From: Alphaproteobacteria bacterium
GTDB taxonomy: Bacteria; Pseudomonadota; Alphaproteobacteria; UBA828
Assembly: GCA_963422645.2 (NCBI GenBank)
Contig: CAXXVO010000004.1
Span: forward strand, 192,001-256,000
DNA: 64,000 bases
Reading direction: 5' to 3'
The position numbers and the translations under genes are program-made. Every line of letters starts with the position of its first letter. Positions within the stretch are counted from its first letter, which is position 1. This document shows, piece after piece, positions 19,969 through 29,318 of the stretch. The notes under the pieces are model-generated. The model was not told the DNA's origin. It saw nothing but the letters and a program-made list of their open reading frames with translations, and did no database searches.

Positions 19969-21633
19969 CTAAACCAGGTTGCGGAGGGATGCGAGGTCGA
20001 AGGCGTCGTCTACGTCCAGCCAGTGGCCGGTGACGTAGAGCACGTCGATGGCCGCGCCCTGGGCGATGAGGCGGGCCAGGAGCTCGGGCAGGTCGGCGGC
20101 ATCGAGGCTGCCGTCCTTGCTCATGGCATCGAGCGCGCCCCGCACCAGGGTGGCGCCGGTCTCGGTCAGCCTGGTGAGGCCGATGAACTCGCCGTGGGCG
20201 GACTCAGGCTCCGCTGCATCGCTCCCGATCGCCTCCAGCGTCACGCGGTCGTCGTCTAGATAGCTGCCGGTGAAGGGCCGCGAGCAGCGCACCCAGTCGA
20301 CCGTGCGGTCGGGGGAGCGGGCACTGTCGCTACGGCGCCTGGCATCCACCACCGTCACGATGTCGCCGTCGGCGGCGAGCAGGCCGTCCAGCACGTGCCG
20401 GCGGAAGAGGATGTCGCCGTAGGAGACCAGGCAGGGCCCGCGGAGACTGTTGCGGGCGCAGGCGAGGGAGGCGGCCTCGCCGGTCTCGTCGAAGCGATCG
20501 TTGTCCACCGCCTCGATGCCGGCGAGGTCGATCGCGTCCTTGCGATAGCCGCGCACCACCGTTACGTCCCGCAGTCCGCTCCGGTTCAAGGTTCGCAACA
20601 GGCGTTGAATCAGGGGCTCGCCGCGCACGTCGATCATGCACTTGGGGCGTTGCTCGGTGAGCGGGCCGAGCTTTGCGCCGCGCGAGGCGGCAAGCAGAAT
20701 CGCGCGGGGGCCGCCGCCGGCGGCGAGATAGCGGGCCTCGGCCGCGGCGAGCTCCGCCTGGCCCGTGAGCTCGAACACCTCCCGCACCGGCGCGATCTCT
20801 TCCTCGACGGCGTTGAGCGATTCGCTCTCCTTGATGGCCTGACAGACCGAGCGCATCGCGGAGACCGCTGCGCGCATGTTGTGGTTGGCCCAGATCACCA
20901 TGGAGACGCCGGCGTCGCGGAAGGTCTGCGTCGGCGTGCGGTGATACATGGTCGGCACGATCACCACCGGCGCGCGGCCGCCCCAGGATTCGCAGAAGCC
21001 GGTGATCTCGTCAGCGGTCGCCTTCTTGGAGTGGATCAGCAGCGCGTCGGCGCCGGCCTCGTGATAGGCCTCCGCGCGGCGCAGCGCCTCGTCCATGCCC
21101 CAGCCGGCGATCAGCGCCTCGATGCGCGCGACGATCTGGAAGTCGTCGTCGCTCTGGCTGTCCTTGCCCGCCTTGATGCGGCCGCAGAACTCGTCCACGT
21201 CCGCGAGCGGCTGGTTCTCGCCGATGAAGGAGTTGGTCTTGGGGAAGAGCTTGTCCTCAATGCAGACTCCGGCGATGCCGCGCTGGCAGAGCTTCTTCAC
21301 CAGGCGGCGCACGTTGTTGAAGTTGCCGTAGCCGGTGTCGCCGTCCACGAGGATGGGGATCGTGGTGGCGTCGGCCATGAACTCCAGCATTTCCAGGACC
21401 TGGGTCCAGGAGGCCTCGTTGTTGTCGCGAACGCCGAGCGCCGCCGACATCGAAAGGCCTGAGGCCCAGATGCCCTCGAATCCGGTCTCCTCCACGATCT
21501 TGGCGGAGAGGCCGTTATGCGCCTCCATGATGAAGGCAAGCGCTGGGGCCTGCAGCAGGCCGCGCAGCCCCGCGGCCTTCGAGAGCGGCTCACTCTGCGC
21601 GTCGGCGCTGCCGACGGGTAGTCTTTTCGCCAT
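19969..21633 (-). CDS. aepX: Phosphoenolpyruvate mutase fused to a C-terminal nucleotidyltransferase domain
   Basis: [20 protein letters not shown]-mutase motif [10 protein letters not shown]; C-terminal [32 protein letters not shown]. Confidence 0.93.
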   Translation of the reverse strand: MAKRLPVGSADAQSEPLSKAAGLRGLLQAPALAFIMEAHNGLSAKIVEETGFEGIWASGLSMSAALGVRDNNEASWTQVLEMLEFMADATTIPILVDGDTGYGNFNNVRRLVKKLCQRGIAGVCIEDKLFPKTNSFIGENQPLADVDEFCGRIKAGKDSQSDDDFQIVARIEALIAGWGMDEALRRAEAYHEAGADALLIHSKKATADEITGFCESWGGRAPVVIVPTMYHRTPTQTFRDAGVSMVIWANHNMRAAVSAMRSVCQAIKESESLNAVEEEIAPVREVFELTGQAELAAAEARYLAAGGGPRAILLAASRGAKLGPLTEQRPKCMIDVRGEPLIQRLLRTLNRSGLRDVTVVRGYRKDAIDLAGIEAVDNDRFDETGEAASLACARNSLRGPCLVSYGDILFRRHVLDGLLAADGDIVTVVDARRRSDSARSPDRTVDWVRCSRPFTGSYLDDDRVTLEAIGSDAAEPESAHGEFIGLTRLTETGATLVRGALDAMSKDGSLDAADLPELLARLIAQGAAIDVLYVTGHWLDVDDAFDLASLRNLV

Positions 21634-21840
21634 GGGAAATCGCCGGTTCGTCGCCGGTTCGTCCATGAACCTGCGGTATCACGATGATATAAAAGGGTAA
21701 CGACAAGCCGGTGCCGATGCAATGCGGCGCCCTGTTCTTGTTCCTGTTTGGGTGCCCGCCACAAGACGATGCACCGGAAGCGACGCGGTCAGAGTCGTCG
21801 CGGGGACGCTCTCCGGTGCGACCAACAGAGACGGAGCCGC

Positions 21841-22995
21841 ATGCCACCGAACGATCGAGACACCAGCCGCGACCCCATCGCCTTCATCGACCTGGGCGCG
21901 CAGTACCGGCGGCTCAAGGCGGATATCGATGCCGGGCTCGCGCGGGTGCTCGAGGACGGCCGCTTCGTCCTGGGCCCGCCGGTTGTCGAGCTGGAGACGG
22001 CGCTGGCCGCGCGCGCCGGCGTCGCCCACGCCCTCACCTGCGCGAGCGGCACCGACGCCCTTCAGATCGCATTGATGGCCGAGGGGATCGGGCCGGGCGA
22101 CGCGGTCTTCGTCCCCGGCTTCACCTTTCCCGCGACGGCGGGCGTGGTGGCCTTGGTGGGCGCATCGGCGGTCTTCGTCGATGTGGTCGAAGAGAGCTGC
22201 ATGATGGATCCCGCCGACCTCGCCGCGCGAATCGCGCGCGTAAGGGCGGAAGGGCGGCTCACGCCGAAGGCGGTGATCGCGGCGGATCTGTTCGGCCAGG
22301 CGGCGGACTACGACGCGCTCGCGCCGCTGGCCGCGGAGCGGGGCCTGCTGCTGATCGACGACGCGGCGCAGAGCTTCGGTGGGGCGAGCGGCGGCCGCCC
22401 GGTGGGCGCGCTGGCACCGGTCACCACCACCAGCTTCTATCCGGCGAAGCCCCTCGGCGGCTACGGCGACGGCGGGGCGCTCTTCACCGGCGACGGGGAG
22501 CGGGCGGCGCGCTGGCGCTCGATCCGCCAGCACGGCCAGGGCGAGGGCAAGTACGACATCGTCCGCGTCGGTCTCAACAGCCGCCTCGATACCCTCCAGG
22601 CCGCGGTTCTGCTGGTCAAGCTCGCCGCCTTCGATGCCGAGATCGACGCGCGCGAGCGGGTCGCGGTGGCATACGAGTCGGTGCTCGCCGGGGCAGTCGG
22701 GTTGCCGGGGCGGCTGCCGGCGCGGCGCTCGACCTGGGCGCAGTACACGATCCGGCTGGAAGGGCGCGACAAGGTTCAGGCGGCCCTCGCGGCGCAGGGG
22801 ATCCCGACCGCGATCCACTACCCCGTTCCGATGCACCTGCAGCCGGCCTATCGTGAGTACGGCGAGGGCCCCGGCTCGCTCCCGGTCAGCGAGCGCCTCA
22901 GCCGGCAAGTGCTGTGCCTGCCGATGCACGCCGATCTCGACGAGTCTACGGCAACGCGCATCGCGCTGGCCGTGCGAGACGCAGCGGCCGGGTGA
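21841..22995 (+). CDS. DegT/DnrJ/EryC1/StrS-family sugar aminotransferase
   Basis: FIDL.AQY, SGTDAL, DAAQSFG, SFYPAKPLGGYGDGG, NSRLDTLQAA, HYP.PMHLQPAY. Confidence 0.93.
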   Translation: MPPNDRDTSRDPIAFIDLGAQYRRLKADIDAGLARVLEDGRFVLGPPVVELETALAARAGVAHALTCASGTDALQIALMAEGIGPGDAVFVPGFTFPATAGVVALVGASAVFVDVVEESCMMDPADLAARIARVRAEGRLTPKAVIAADLFGQAADYDALAPLAAERGLLLIDDAAQSFGGASGGRPVGALAPVTTTSFYPAKPLGGYGDGGALFTGDGERAARWRSIRQHGQGEGKYDIVRVGLNSRLDTLQAAVLLVKLAAFDAEIDARERVAVAYESVLAGAVGLPGRLPARRSTWAQYTIRLEGRDKVQAALAAQGIPTAIHYPVPMHLQPAYREYGEGPGSLPVSERLSRQVLCLPMHADLDESTATRIALAVRDAAAG

Positions 22996-23014
22996 CGGCG
23001 TGCCGACACGTGTC

Positions 23015-24226
23015 ATGAGCCAGGGGCCGGCGCCCGCCGAGGCCACCCGCTGGGACATCGTGCTGATGGCCCTGGGCGCTGGCATCCTCGCCGGCTTTCA
23101 GGTCGGCAAGGTGCCGCCCGCGCTGCCGGTGCTGCGCGAGAGCCTGGGCCTCGACCTCGTCACCGCCGGCTGGCTCACCTCGATCTACTACGGGATCGGT
23201 GCCGCCGTCGCCGTCGCGGTGGGTCTGATCTCCGATCGCGTGGGCCCGCGCCGGCTGATGCTGGTGGGCTTGGCCTTCCTCAGCGTGGGCAGCCTGATGG
23301 GCGGGCTGGTGAGCGGCAGCACCTGGCTGCTGGTCGCGCGCTTCATCGAGGGCTTCGGCTTCGTGGGCATCACGGTGACCGCACCAAAGCTGATCGCCAC
23401 GGCCGCGCGCCCCCGCGATCACGGGCTCGCCTTCGGCATCTGGGGCGCCTACATGCCGATCGGGATGGCGATCGCCATGCTGATCGCGCCGGCGCTGCTC
23501 GATACCATCGGCTGGCGCGGCTTCTGGCTGGTGAGCGCCGTGCTGGTCGCGCTCTTCATGGCGGCGCTCGGCTGGAGCCTGCATCCGCGCCGCTGGCCGG
23601 TCGCCTTCGACGCCCAGGCTCTCGATTGGCCCGGCGTGCGCGAGACCCTGGTGCGGGCCGCTCTCTGGCTCTTCGGTCTCTCGTTCGCCCTCTACACGCT
23701 GCAGTGGTTCGCGATCACGGCCTGGCTGCCGACCTTCCTGATCGAGACGCAGGGGCGCAGCGCGGCTGGAGCTGCGATCTGGGGCGCGATGGTGGTGGCA
23801 GCCAACGCCTTCGGCAACTTCGCTGCTGCCTGGCTGATGTACCGGCGCGCACCGCGCTGGGCGCTGACCGGGATCGCCTTCTGCGCCATGGGCGGCTCGT
23901 CGGCCGGGATCTTCCTCTCGGGCACGTCTGGCGACCTCAAGATCGTGCTCGCCTTCGTGTTCAGCGCGGTCGGCGGCCTGCTGCCGGCGGCGGCAATCGC
24001 CGGTGCCGCCGCCCACGCGCCGCGCGCTGCCTTCGTCGCCATGGCCAGCGGCTTCGTGGTGCAGGGGGCGGCAATCGGCAGCCTCTTGGGTCCCCCGGTG
24101 ATGGCCGCCGCCGTCGAGGGCCTCGGCGGCTGGGCTGCCTCCTGGTGGGTGATGCTCGCGGTCTCGGGCGCCGGTCTCGGCGTCGTGGCCGGTCTGATCG
24201 CAACCGACCGCCGCCCCCGCATCTGA
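23015..24226 (+). CDS. MFS transporter
   Basis: About 12 hydrophobic helices; GLISDRVGPRR motif A; RFIEGFG; start refined to MSQGP. Confidence 0.87.
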   Translation: MSQGPAPAEATRWDIVLMALGAGILAGFQVGKVPPALPVLRESLGLDLVTAGWLTSIYYGIGAAVAVAVGLISDRVGPRRLMLVGLAFLSVGSLMGGLVSGSTWLLVARFIEGFGFVGITVTAPKLIATAARPRDHGLAFGIWGAYMPIGMAIAMLIAPALLDTIGWRGFWLVSAVLVALFMAALGWSLHPRRWPVAFDAQALDWPGVRETLVRAALWLFGLSFALYTLQWFAITAWLPTFLIETQGRSAAGAAIWGAMVVAANAFGNFAAAWLMYRRAPRWALTGIAFCAMGGSSAGIFLSGTSGDLKIVLAFVFSAVGGLLPAAAIAGAAAHAPRAAFVAMASGFVVQGAAIGSLLGPPVMAAAVEGLGGWAASWWVMLAVSGAGLGVVAGLIATDRRPRI

Positions 24227-24350
24227 TCCCGCTCGCTGTAGCCGAAGCCCTCTGCTCGATGCGCCGGCAGGGAGCGGCCGTTGACAGACCCGCGCGCGGT
24301 GTCCATTGATCGCTTTGGCATTCGACGCGACGACGCGACGGGAATTCGAC

Positions 24351-25007
24351 ATGCTGACCTTCACCGAAGAGATACTGCTCCTGCTGCTGGACGACGAGGA
24401 CGGCACCTTCGTGCCGATCTCGAAGGCCAACCTGGGGTGCGCCATTGGCGGTGCCGTATTGATGGACCTGGCCTTCGCCTACCGCATCGACACCGACCCG
24501 CAGGCGCTCGTGGTTACCGACCCGACGCCGACCGGCAACCCCATGCTCGACGGCACCCTGGCAAAGATCGTTGCGCACGAGGGCGACTCGGATACGCGGG
24601 CCTGGATCAGGGTGCTGTCGGTCGAAGATGCGCCCGCCATCCGCGAGCAGGCGCTGGAAAGCCTCGTCGCGCGCGGCATCGTGCAGGTGCGCGAGCAGAG
24701 GGTGATGTGGGCCTTCCGCATGCGCCGCTATCCCACGATCGACGGCAACGTGGAGCAGGAGGTCAAGCTGCGGATCGGGGAGGTCCTGTTCTCCGACGAC
24801 ATCCCCGACCCGCGCGACGTCGCCCTGATCGGCCTGGTGGATGCCTGCGACATTCTAGGCGACATCTTCTCCGGCAAGGACATGGAGCAGTGCCGCCCGC
24901 GCGTCGAGCAGCTGCGCAAGATGGACCTGATCGGCCGCGAGCTAGCGAACGCGATCTCCGACATCGAGCATACCGTGGCGATGGCGCTCTCGGGCGCGCC
25001 CTACTAA
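24351..25007 (+). CDS. GPP34/GOLPH3-family protein
   Basis: MLTFTEEILLLLLDD..G, GAVLMDLA...RI, PTGNPMLD, LVARGI, RYP, PDPRD.ALI.L. Confidence 0.8.
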   Translation: MLTFTEEILLLLLDDEDGTFVPISKANLGCAIGGAVLMDLAFAYRIDTDPQALVVTDPTPTGNPMLDGTLAKIVAHEGDSDTRAWIRVLSVEDAPAIREQALESLVARGIVQVREQRVMWAFRMRRYPTIDGNVEQEVKLRIGEVLFSDDIPDPRDVALIGLVDACDILGDIFSGKDMEQCRPRVEQLRKMDLIGRELANAISDIEHTVAMALSGAPY

Positions 25008-25048
25008 CTCGAAAGATGCACTGACGCGGGGGCCGCCCCGTCCATTCG

Positions 25049-25086
25049 TTGACAACCCTTATTGATACGTTATCTTGTAGCGCAAT
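25049..25086 (+). promoter_or_regulatory. Sigma70-type promoter overlapped by a Zur-like box
   Basis: TTGACA (25049-54)-N16-TATCTT (25071-76); GATACGTTATCTTGTAGCGC partly matches the Zur palindrome; lies upstream of a His-rich outer-membrane protein. Confidence 0.55.
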
Positions 25087-25148
25087 AGTATTTCATATCG
25101 ATCATCCTGCCTTCGGGCGACCGAACCAACCCGCGATGGAGTGGTGAC

Positions 25149-26738
25149 ATGCGCTACAAGATGCTCCTTGCCGCAAGTGCCGCGACTGCGGCCTTCGGGG
25201 CCACCCTGACACCGCCTCCGGCACAGGCCCAATCGGATACCGACACGCCGATGGCGGCCATTCTCGCCGTCGAGATTGCGACGCTGCGGGAGCAATACGA
25301 AGCGCGCATCAGGGCGCTGGAGGAAAAGCTCGAAGCGCTGCAGTCGAGGGTCGGCGGCGAGGCGCCGGACCCTCACGATCATGGCGCCCATGACGCTCAC
25401 GATGATCATGGCGCTCACGACGATCGTGACACTCACGGCCACGGCGAGGAAATGGCCGAGCACGACGACCATGGGGCCATGCTCGAGCCGGAAATCGGCG
25501 CGGTGCTCCGGGGCATGTTCACCTCCTTCTCGGCCGAAGAGTCGGAGATCGCCGGGTTCCGCTTCGGCCACGAGAGCGAGCGCGCGCCGGAAGGCTTCTC
25601 GGTGGGCCATAGCGAGCTGAGCCTGTCAGGCGATGTCGGCAACGCGGCGCGTGCCAGTCTCGTGCTCGGCATTGGCGCTCACCCCGGCGAGCCGGCGGAG
25701 CTCGAGCTCGAAGAGGCCTATGTGCAGACGCTGCCGGGATTAGGCTTGACCGAGAACTTCACCGTGTCGGCGGGCCGCAAGCTGTGGTCGTTCGGCTATC
25801 TCAACGAGCGTCATTCGCACGAAGACGACTTCGCCGACCGCCCCTTGCCCTACCGGGCCTTTCTGGACGGCGCCTTCAACGACGATGGCATCCAGCTCTC
25901 GCTCGCGTTGCCCGGCGCTGTTCGCACGGAGATCGGCGGCGGCCTCTTTCGTGGCGACGATCGTCCCTTCGGCGGGTCCGACAACGGGCGCCGGGCGCTC
26001 TCGGCCTATGCACGGATCGGCGGAGACCTGGGCAGCGACTCGTCATGGGGCATCGGGGCCTCCCTCCTGAGTGGAGAGGTTGTGGGCGGCGGCCACGCGC
26101 ACGACGAGCACGGGCATGACGACGAGCACGACGAGGACATGGATCATCATGATGAGGAAGACCACCACGACGACGAGATGGACGACCACGACGATGAGCA
26201 CGACGGCGAGATGGACGACCACGACGACGAGCACGCTGACGAACACGACCACGACGATGAGATGACCCCGGCGTCGATCTTCTCCGACGGCGTGTTCAGC
26301 GGCGACCGCGCGCTCTTCGGAACCGACATCCGCTTTGCCTGGGCGCCGACGGGCAATGCGAGGCAGAGCGAAGTGATCCTCCAGGGCGAGTATCTCTGGC
26401 AGACCGACGACGGCGTCTACACGCTGGAGGACGATGAGATGGAGGAGCACGAGCTGACCGCCGATGGCAGGAGCGCCGGGTGGTATGCGCAGGCGGTCTA
26501 CAAGTTGGCGCCCCAGTGGCGGATCGGCGCGCGCTATGCGCGTCTTGTCCCGCCGAGCGCGGCGCACGTCGATCACGAACCGAGCGCGCTCGCCGTCATG
26601 GGCGACTGGACCAGCGACCGGTTCGGGCAACTGCGCTTGCAGTACAACCGGGAATCGCTGGCGCACGGCGCGGAGGACGATCAGATCGTCCTGCAATACA
26701 CGGTGAGCCTGGGCGGGCACGGCGGCCACGACCACTGA
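25149..26738 (+). CDS. His/Asp-rich outer-membrane beta-barrel, probable zinc/metal-uptake protein
   Basis: Signal peptide, coiled coil, ELELEEAY, FGYLN.RH.H..DFADRPL, GWYAQAVY, C-terminal LQY.VSLGGHGGHDH; two His/Asp tracts. Confidence 0.75.
   Translation: MRYKMLLAASAATAAFGATLTPPPAQAQSDTDTPMAAILAVEIATLREQYEARIRALEEKLEALQSRVGGEAPDPHDHGAHDAHDDHGAHDDRDTHGHGEEMAEHDDHGAMLEPEIGAVLRGMFTSFSAEESEIAGFRFGHESERAPEGFSVGHSELSLSGDVGNAARASLVLGIGAHPGEPAELELEEAYVQTLPGLGLTENFTVSAGRKLWSFGYLNERHSHEDDFADRPLPYRAFLDGAFNDDGIQLSLALPGAVRTEIGGGLFRGDDRPFGGSDNGRRALSAYARIGGDLGSDSSWGIGASLLSGEVVGGGHAHDEHGHDDEHDEDMDHHDEEDHHDDEMDDHDDEHDGEMDDHDDEHADEHDHDDEMTPASIFSDGVFSGDRALFGTDIRFAWAPTGNARQSEVILQGEYLWQTDDGVYTLEDDEMEEHELTADGRSAGWYAQAVYKLAPQWRIGARYARLVPPSAAHVDHEPSALAVMGDWTSDRFGQLRLQYNRESLAHGAEDDQIVLQYTVSLGGHGGHDH
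26095..26262 (+). repeat. Low-complexity tandem HDDE-type coding repeat
   Basis: Repeated CACGACGA(C/T)GAG units encoding HAHDEHGHDDEHDEDMDHHDEEDHHDDEMDDHDDEHDGEMDDHDDEH. Confidence 0.85.
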
Positions 26739-26818
26739 GGCTTCCCGACGCGCCGCTGGAGGGGGAAGCAGGCATCGTCTAGCATCCGAACGGGACTGAT
26801 CCCGCGCGGAGGCTGGCC

Positions 26819-27673
26819 ATGATCCTTCTGACCGGGGCGACCGGGACGACCGGGACGCCGACGGTCGCGCAGCTGCGCGCGACGGGCCGGCCCTTCCGCA
26901 TCATGAGCCGCGACGTGGCGCGCGCGAGGCGGCAGTTCGGCGAGGACCTCGACTATGTCGAGGGCGACTTCGCGCGGCCCGAGACCCTCGCCGCCGCGTT
27001 CGAGGGGATCGAGACGCTGTCGCTCCTCTGCGCCTTCTCCGAAGCGATGGTCGAGCTTGAGCTGAACGCGGTGGAGGCCGCAAAGCGCGCGGGCATCCGC
27101 CGCATCGTCAAGATGTCGGCGATCAAGGCCGCGCCCGACGCGCCCACCACGATCCGCCGCTGGCACGGCGAAATCGAGCAGCGCATCAATCAGTCCGGCA
27201 TCGCCTACACCCACCTCTGGCCCAATGCCTTCATGCAGAATTTCCGCCGCTTCGCGCCGCTCATCAGGGAGCGCGGCGAGTTCTACGCGCCGGTGGGCGA
27301 CGCCCGGATATCGCTGGTGGAGATCGAGGACGTGGCCGCGGTGACGGTCGCGGCGCTGGCCGACGACGGTCACGAGGGCGAGACCTACGAGATCACCGGG
27401 CCGGAGGCGATCTCCTATGCCGAATGCGCGGCGATCCTCTCGGAGGAGCTGGGCCGGGAGGTGCGCTATGTCTCGGTCAGCGACGAGGACGCGCGGGCCG
27501 CGCTCGCCGAGGCCGGCATCGGGCCGAAGGCGGCGCATGCGCTGGTCGAGATCGACGGCCTCTTCCGCACGGGCTTCGGGGCGCCGGTGACGGACGTGGT
27601 CGAGCGGGTGACCGGGCGCGCGCCCCGCGACTTCCGCACCTTCGCGCGCGAGAACGTGGCGCTCTTCCGGTAG
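26819..27673 (+). CDS. NmrA-like atypical SDR (NAD(P)-binding)
   Basis: ILLTGATGTTG, GDF..P, PNAFMQN, DVA, YEITGPE. Confidence 0.88.
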   Translation: MILLTGATGTTGTPTVAQLRATGRPFRIMSRDVARARRQFGEDLDYVEGDFARPETLAAAFEGIETLSLLCAFSEAMVELELNAVEAAKRAGIRRIVKMSAIKAAPDAPTTIRRWHGEIEQRINQSGIAYTHLWPNAFMQNFRRFAPLIRERGEFYAPVGDARISLVEIEDVAAVTVAALADDGHEGETYEITGPEAISYAECAAILSEELGREVRYVSVSDEDARAALAEAGIGPKAAHALVEIDGLFRTGFGAPVTDVVERVTGRAPRDFRTFARENVALFR

Positions 27674-27686
27674 GGGCGGCGAGGCG

Positions 27687-28598
27687 ATGACCGACACCTC
27701 CTATCCCCGCGACATGGCGGGCTACGGGCGGCACCGCCCGCATCCCCGCTGGCCCGGCGACGCGCGCATCGCCGTGCAGTTCGTCATCAACTACGAGGAA
27801 GGCGCGGAGAACAGCATCCTCCACGGCGACGCCGGCTCGGAGACGCTGCTGACCGAGTTCGGCTTCGCCGAGTCCCGCGTCGGCGAGCGGGCGCTCCCCA
27901 TCGAGTCGATGTACGAGTTCGGCAGCCGCGTCGGCTTCTGGCGCCTGCATCGGCTCTTCACCGAGCGCGGGGTGCCGGTCACGATCTTCGGCGTCGCCAT
28001 GGCGCTCGCCCGCAACCCGGACGCGGTCGCCGCGATGGTGGAGGCGGACTGGGAGATCGCGAGCCACGGCTATCGCTGGATCGACTATCACGCCCTGCCC
28101 GAGGCCGAGGAGCGCGCGCACATCGAGAAGGTCATCGCGATCCAGCAGGGGCTGACCGGCACGCGCCCGCTCGGCTACTTCCTCGGCCGGCGCAGTCCCA
28201 ACACAGTGCGCCTCGTGGCGGAGGAGGGGGGCTTCCTCTACAGCCAGGATTCCTACGCCGACGAGCTGCCCTACTGGGTGGAGGAGGCCGGCCGGCCCCT
28301 GCTGATGATCCCCTACACGGCGGACCACAACGACCACCGCTTCGCGACAGCGCCGGGCTTCGACTGGGGCGAGCCCTTCTTCGCCTACCTGCGCGACGCC
28401 TTCGACGTGCTCTACGAGGAGGGCGCCGAACAGCCCGGCATGATGAGCATCGGCCTGCACAGCCGGCTGGTCGGCCGGCCCGGCCGCTTCGCCGCGCTCA
28501 GGCGCTTCGTTGACCACGTGCTCGCCCACGACCGCGTCTGGCTCTGCCGCGGAATCGACATCGCCCGCCACTGGCGGGAGCGGGGGGACGGGCCGTGA
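27687..28598 (+). CDS. puuE: Polysaccharide deacetylase family, allantoinase PuuE-like
   Basis: YPRDM.GYG, QFVINYEEG.E, ESMYEFGSRVGFWRL, SHGYRWIDY, DSYADELPYW, MSIGLH.RLVGRPGR. Confidence 0.8.
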   Translation: MTDTSYPRDMAGYGRHRPHPRWPGDARIAVQFVINYEEGAENSILHGDAGSETLLTEFGFAESRVGERALPIESMYEFGSRVGFWRLHRLFTERGVPVTIFGVAMALARNPDAVAAMVEADWEIASHGYRWIDYHALPEAEERAHIEKVIAIQQGLTGTRPLGYFLGRRSPNTVRLVAEEGGFLYSQDSYADELPYWVEEAGRPLLMIPYTADHNDHRFATAPGFDWGEPFFAYLRDAFDVLYEEGAEQPGMMSIGLHSRLVGRPGRFAALRRFVDHVLAHDRVWLCRGIDIARHWRERGDGP

Positions 28599-28725
28599 GT
28601 GGTATTGCCCCAACTTCGTCTAAGATCGGGCTGCCAGTTGCAACATCAGCGGTGCGTCGGTATCAATGACACATCCTGAGCAGTAAGTGTCTAGGAATCA
28701 TTGAAGCGACACGTCGGAACTAATC

Positions 28726-29070
28726 ATGATTGATCCAGGAACTTCTGTCGGTATTGCTATTGGGGCTTTTGCAGCCAAAGACGTGATAACGAAATTATTG
28801 GGTCCAACCGCGGAATATTTCGGTGAAGGGCTCCGCGGAATTGTAGAAAAAAGAGTCGAGACACTGAACATAATTCTCTCTCGAGCAGTTGAGAAATTGG
28901 GAAGCAAAATTGAGGAGCCGGGCGTAGTACCTCCGAAAATTCTCAAGGAAGTGATTTCTGATGGCTCATTTGCCACTGAGCAGGTAGAAATTGAATACTT
29001 CGCGGGTATACTCAGACTTCCTGACCTCGTGATGCTGGCTGTTCTGGGCAGCGTGCCGGGAACTCCTTGA
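28726..29070 (+). pseudogene. Low-GC hypothetical gene fragment (possibly Abi-alpha/DUF4393-like N-terminus)
   Basis: AT-rich ORF KLLGPTAEYFG...VPPKILKEVI..GS......EYFAGIL followed by an apparently junk tail; sits just left of IS21; family assignment tentative. Confidence 0.4.
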
Positions 29071-29318
29071 ATTCTGATACATTTCGGTTGTTTCAGGCGG
29101 TTTTTCGCTGGGTGTCGCGCCCGAGGTCTGATATTATAATTTGATACCAATTGCACGGTCTCAACCATGCCCAGTACCCTCCCAATGTGCCCTCCAGAGT
29201 GTTGTTAAGCGTGGAAAAGTGACCCCCTATTGGGGGTGATCGGCGTCCAAAATTGACCCCCTTGGATTTGTGTCCATGAACACACCTCGTCGTTTGGACG
29301 GACGGGGTGGTGGGGGAG

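Noticed and set aside
28683-28695. GTAAGTGTCTAGG as the missing left end of the second IS66
   Set aside because: Only 10 of 13 bases match, and its flank CCTGAGCA does not match the right flank GATAGTTC
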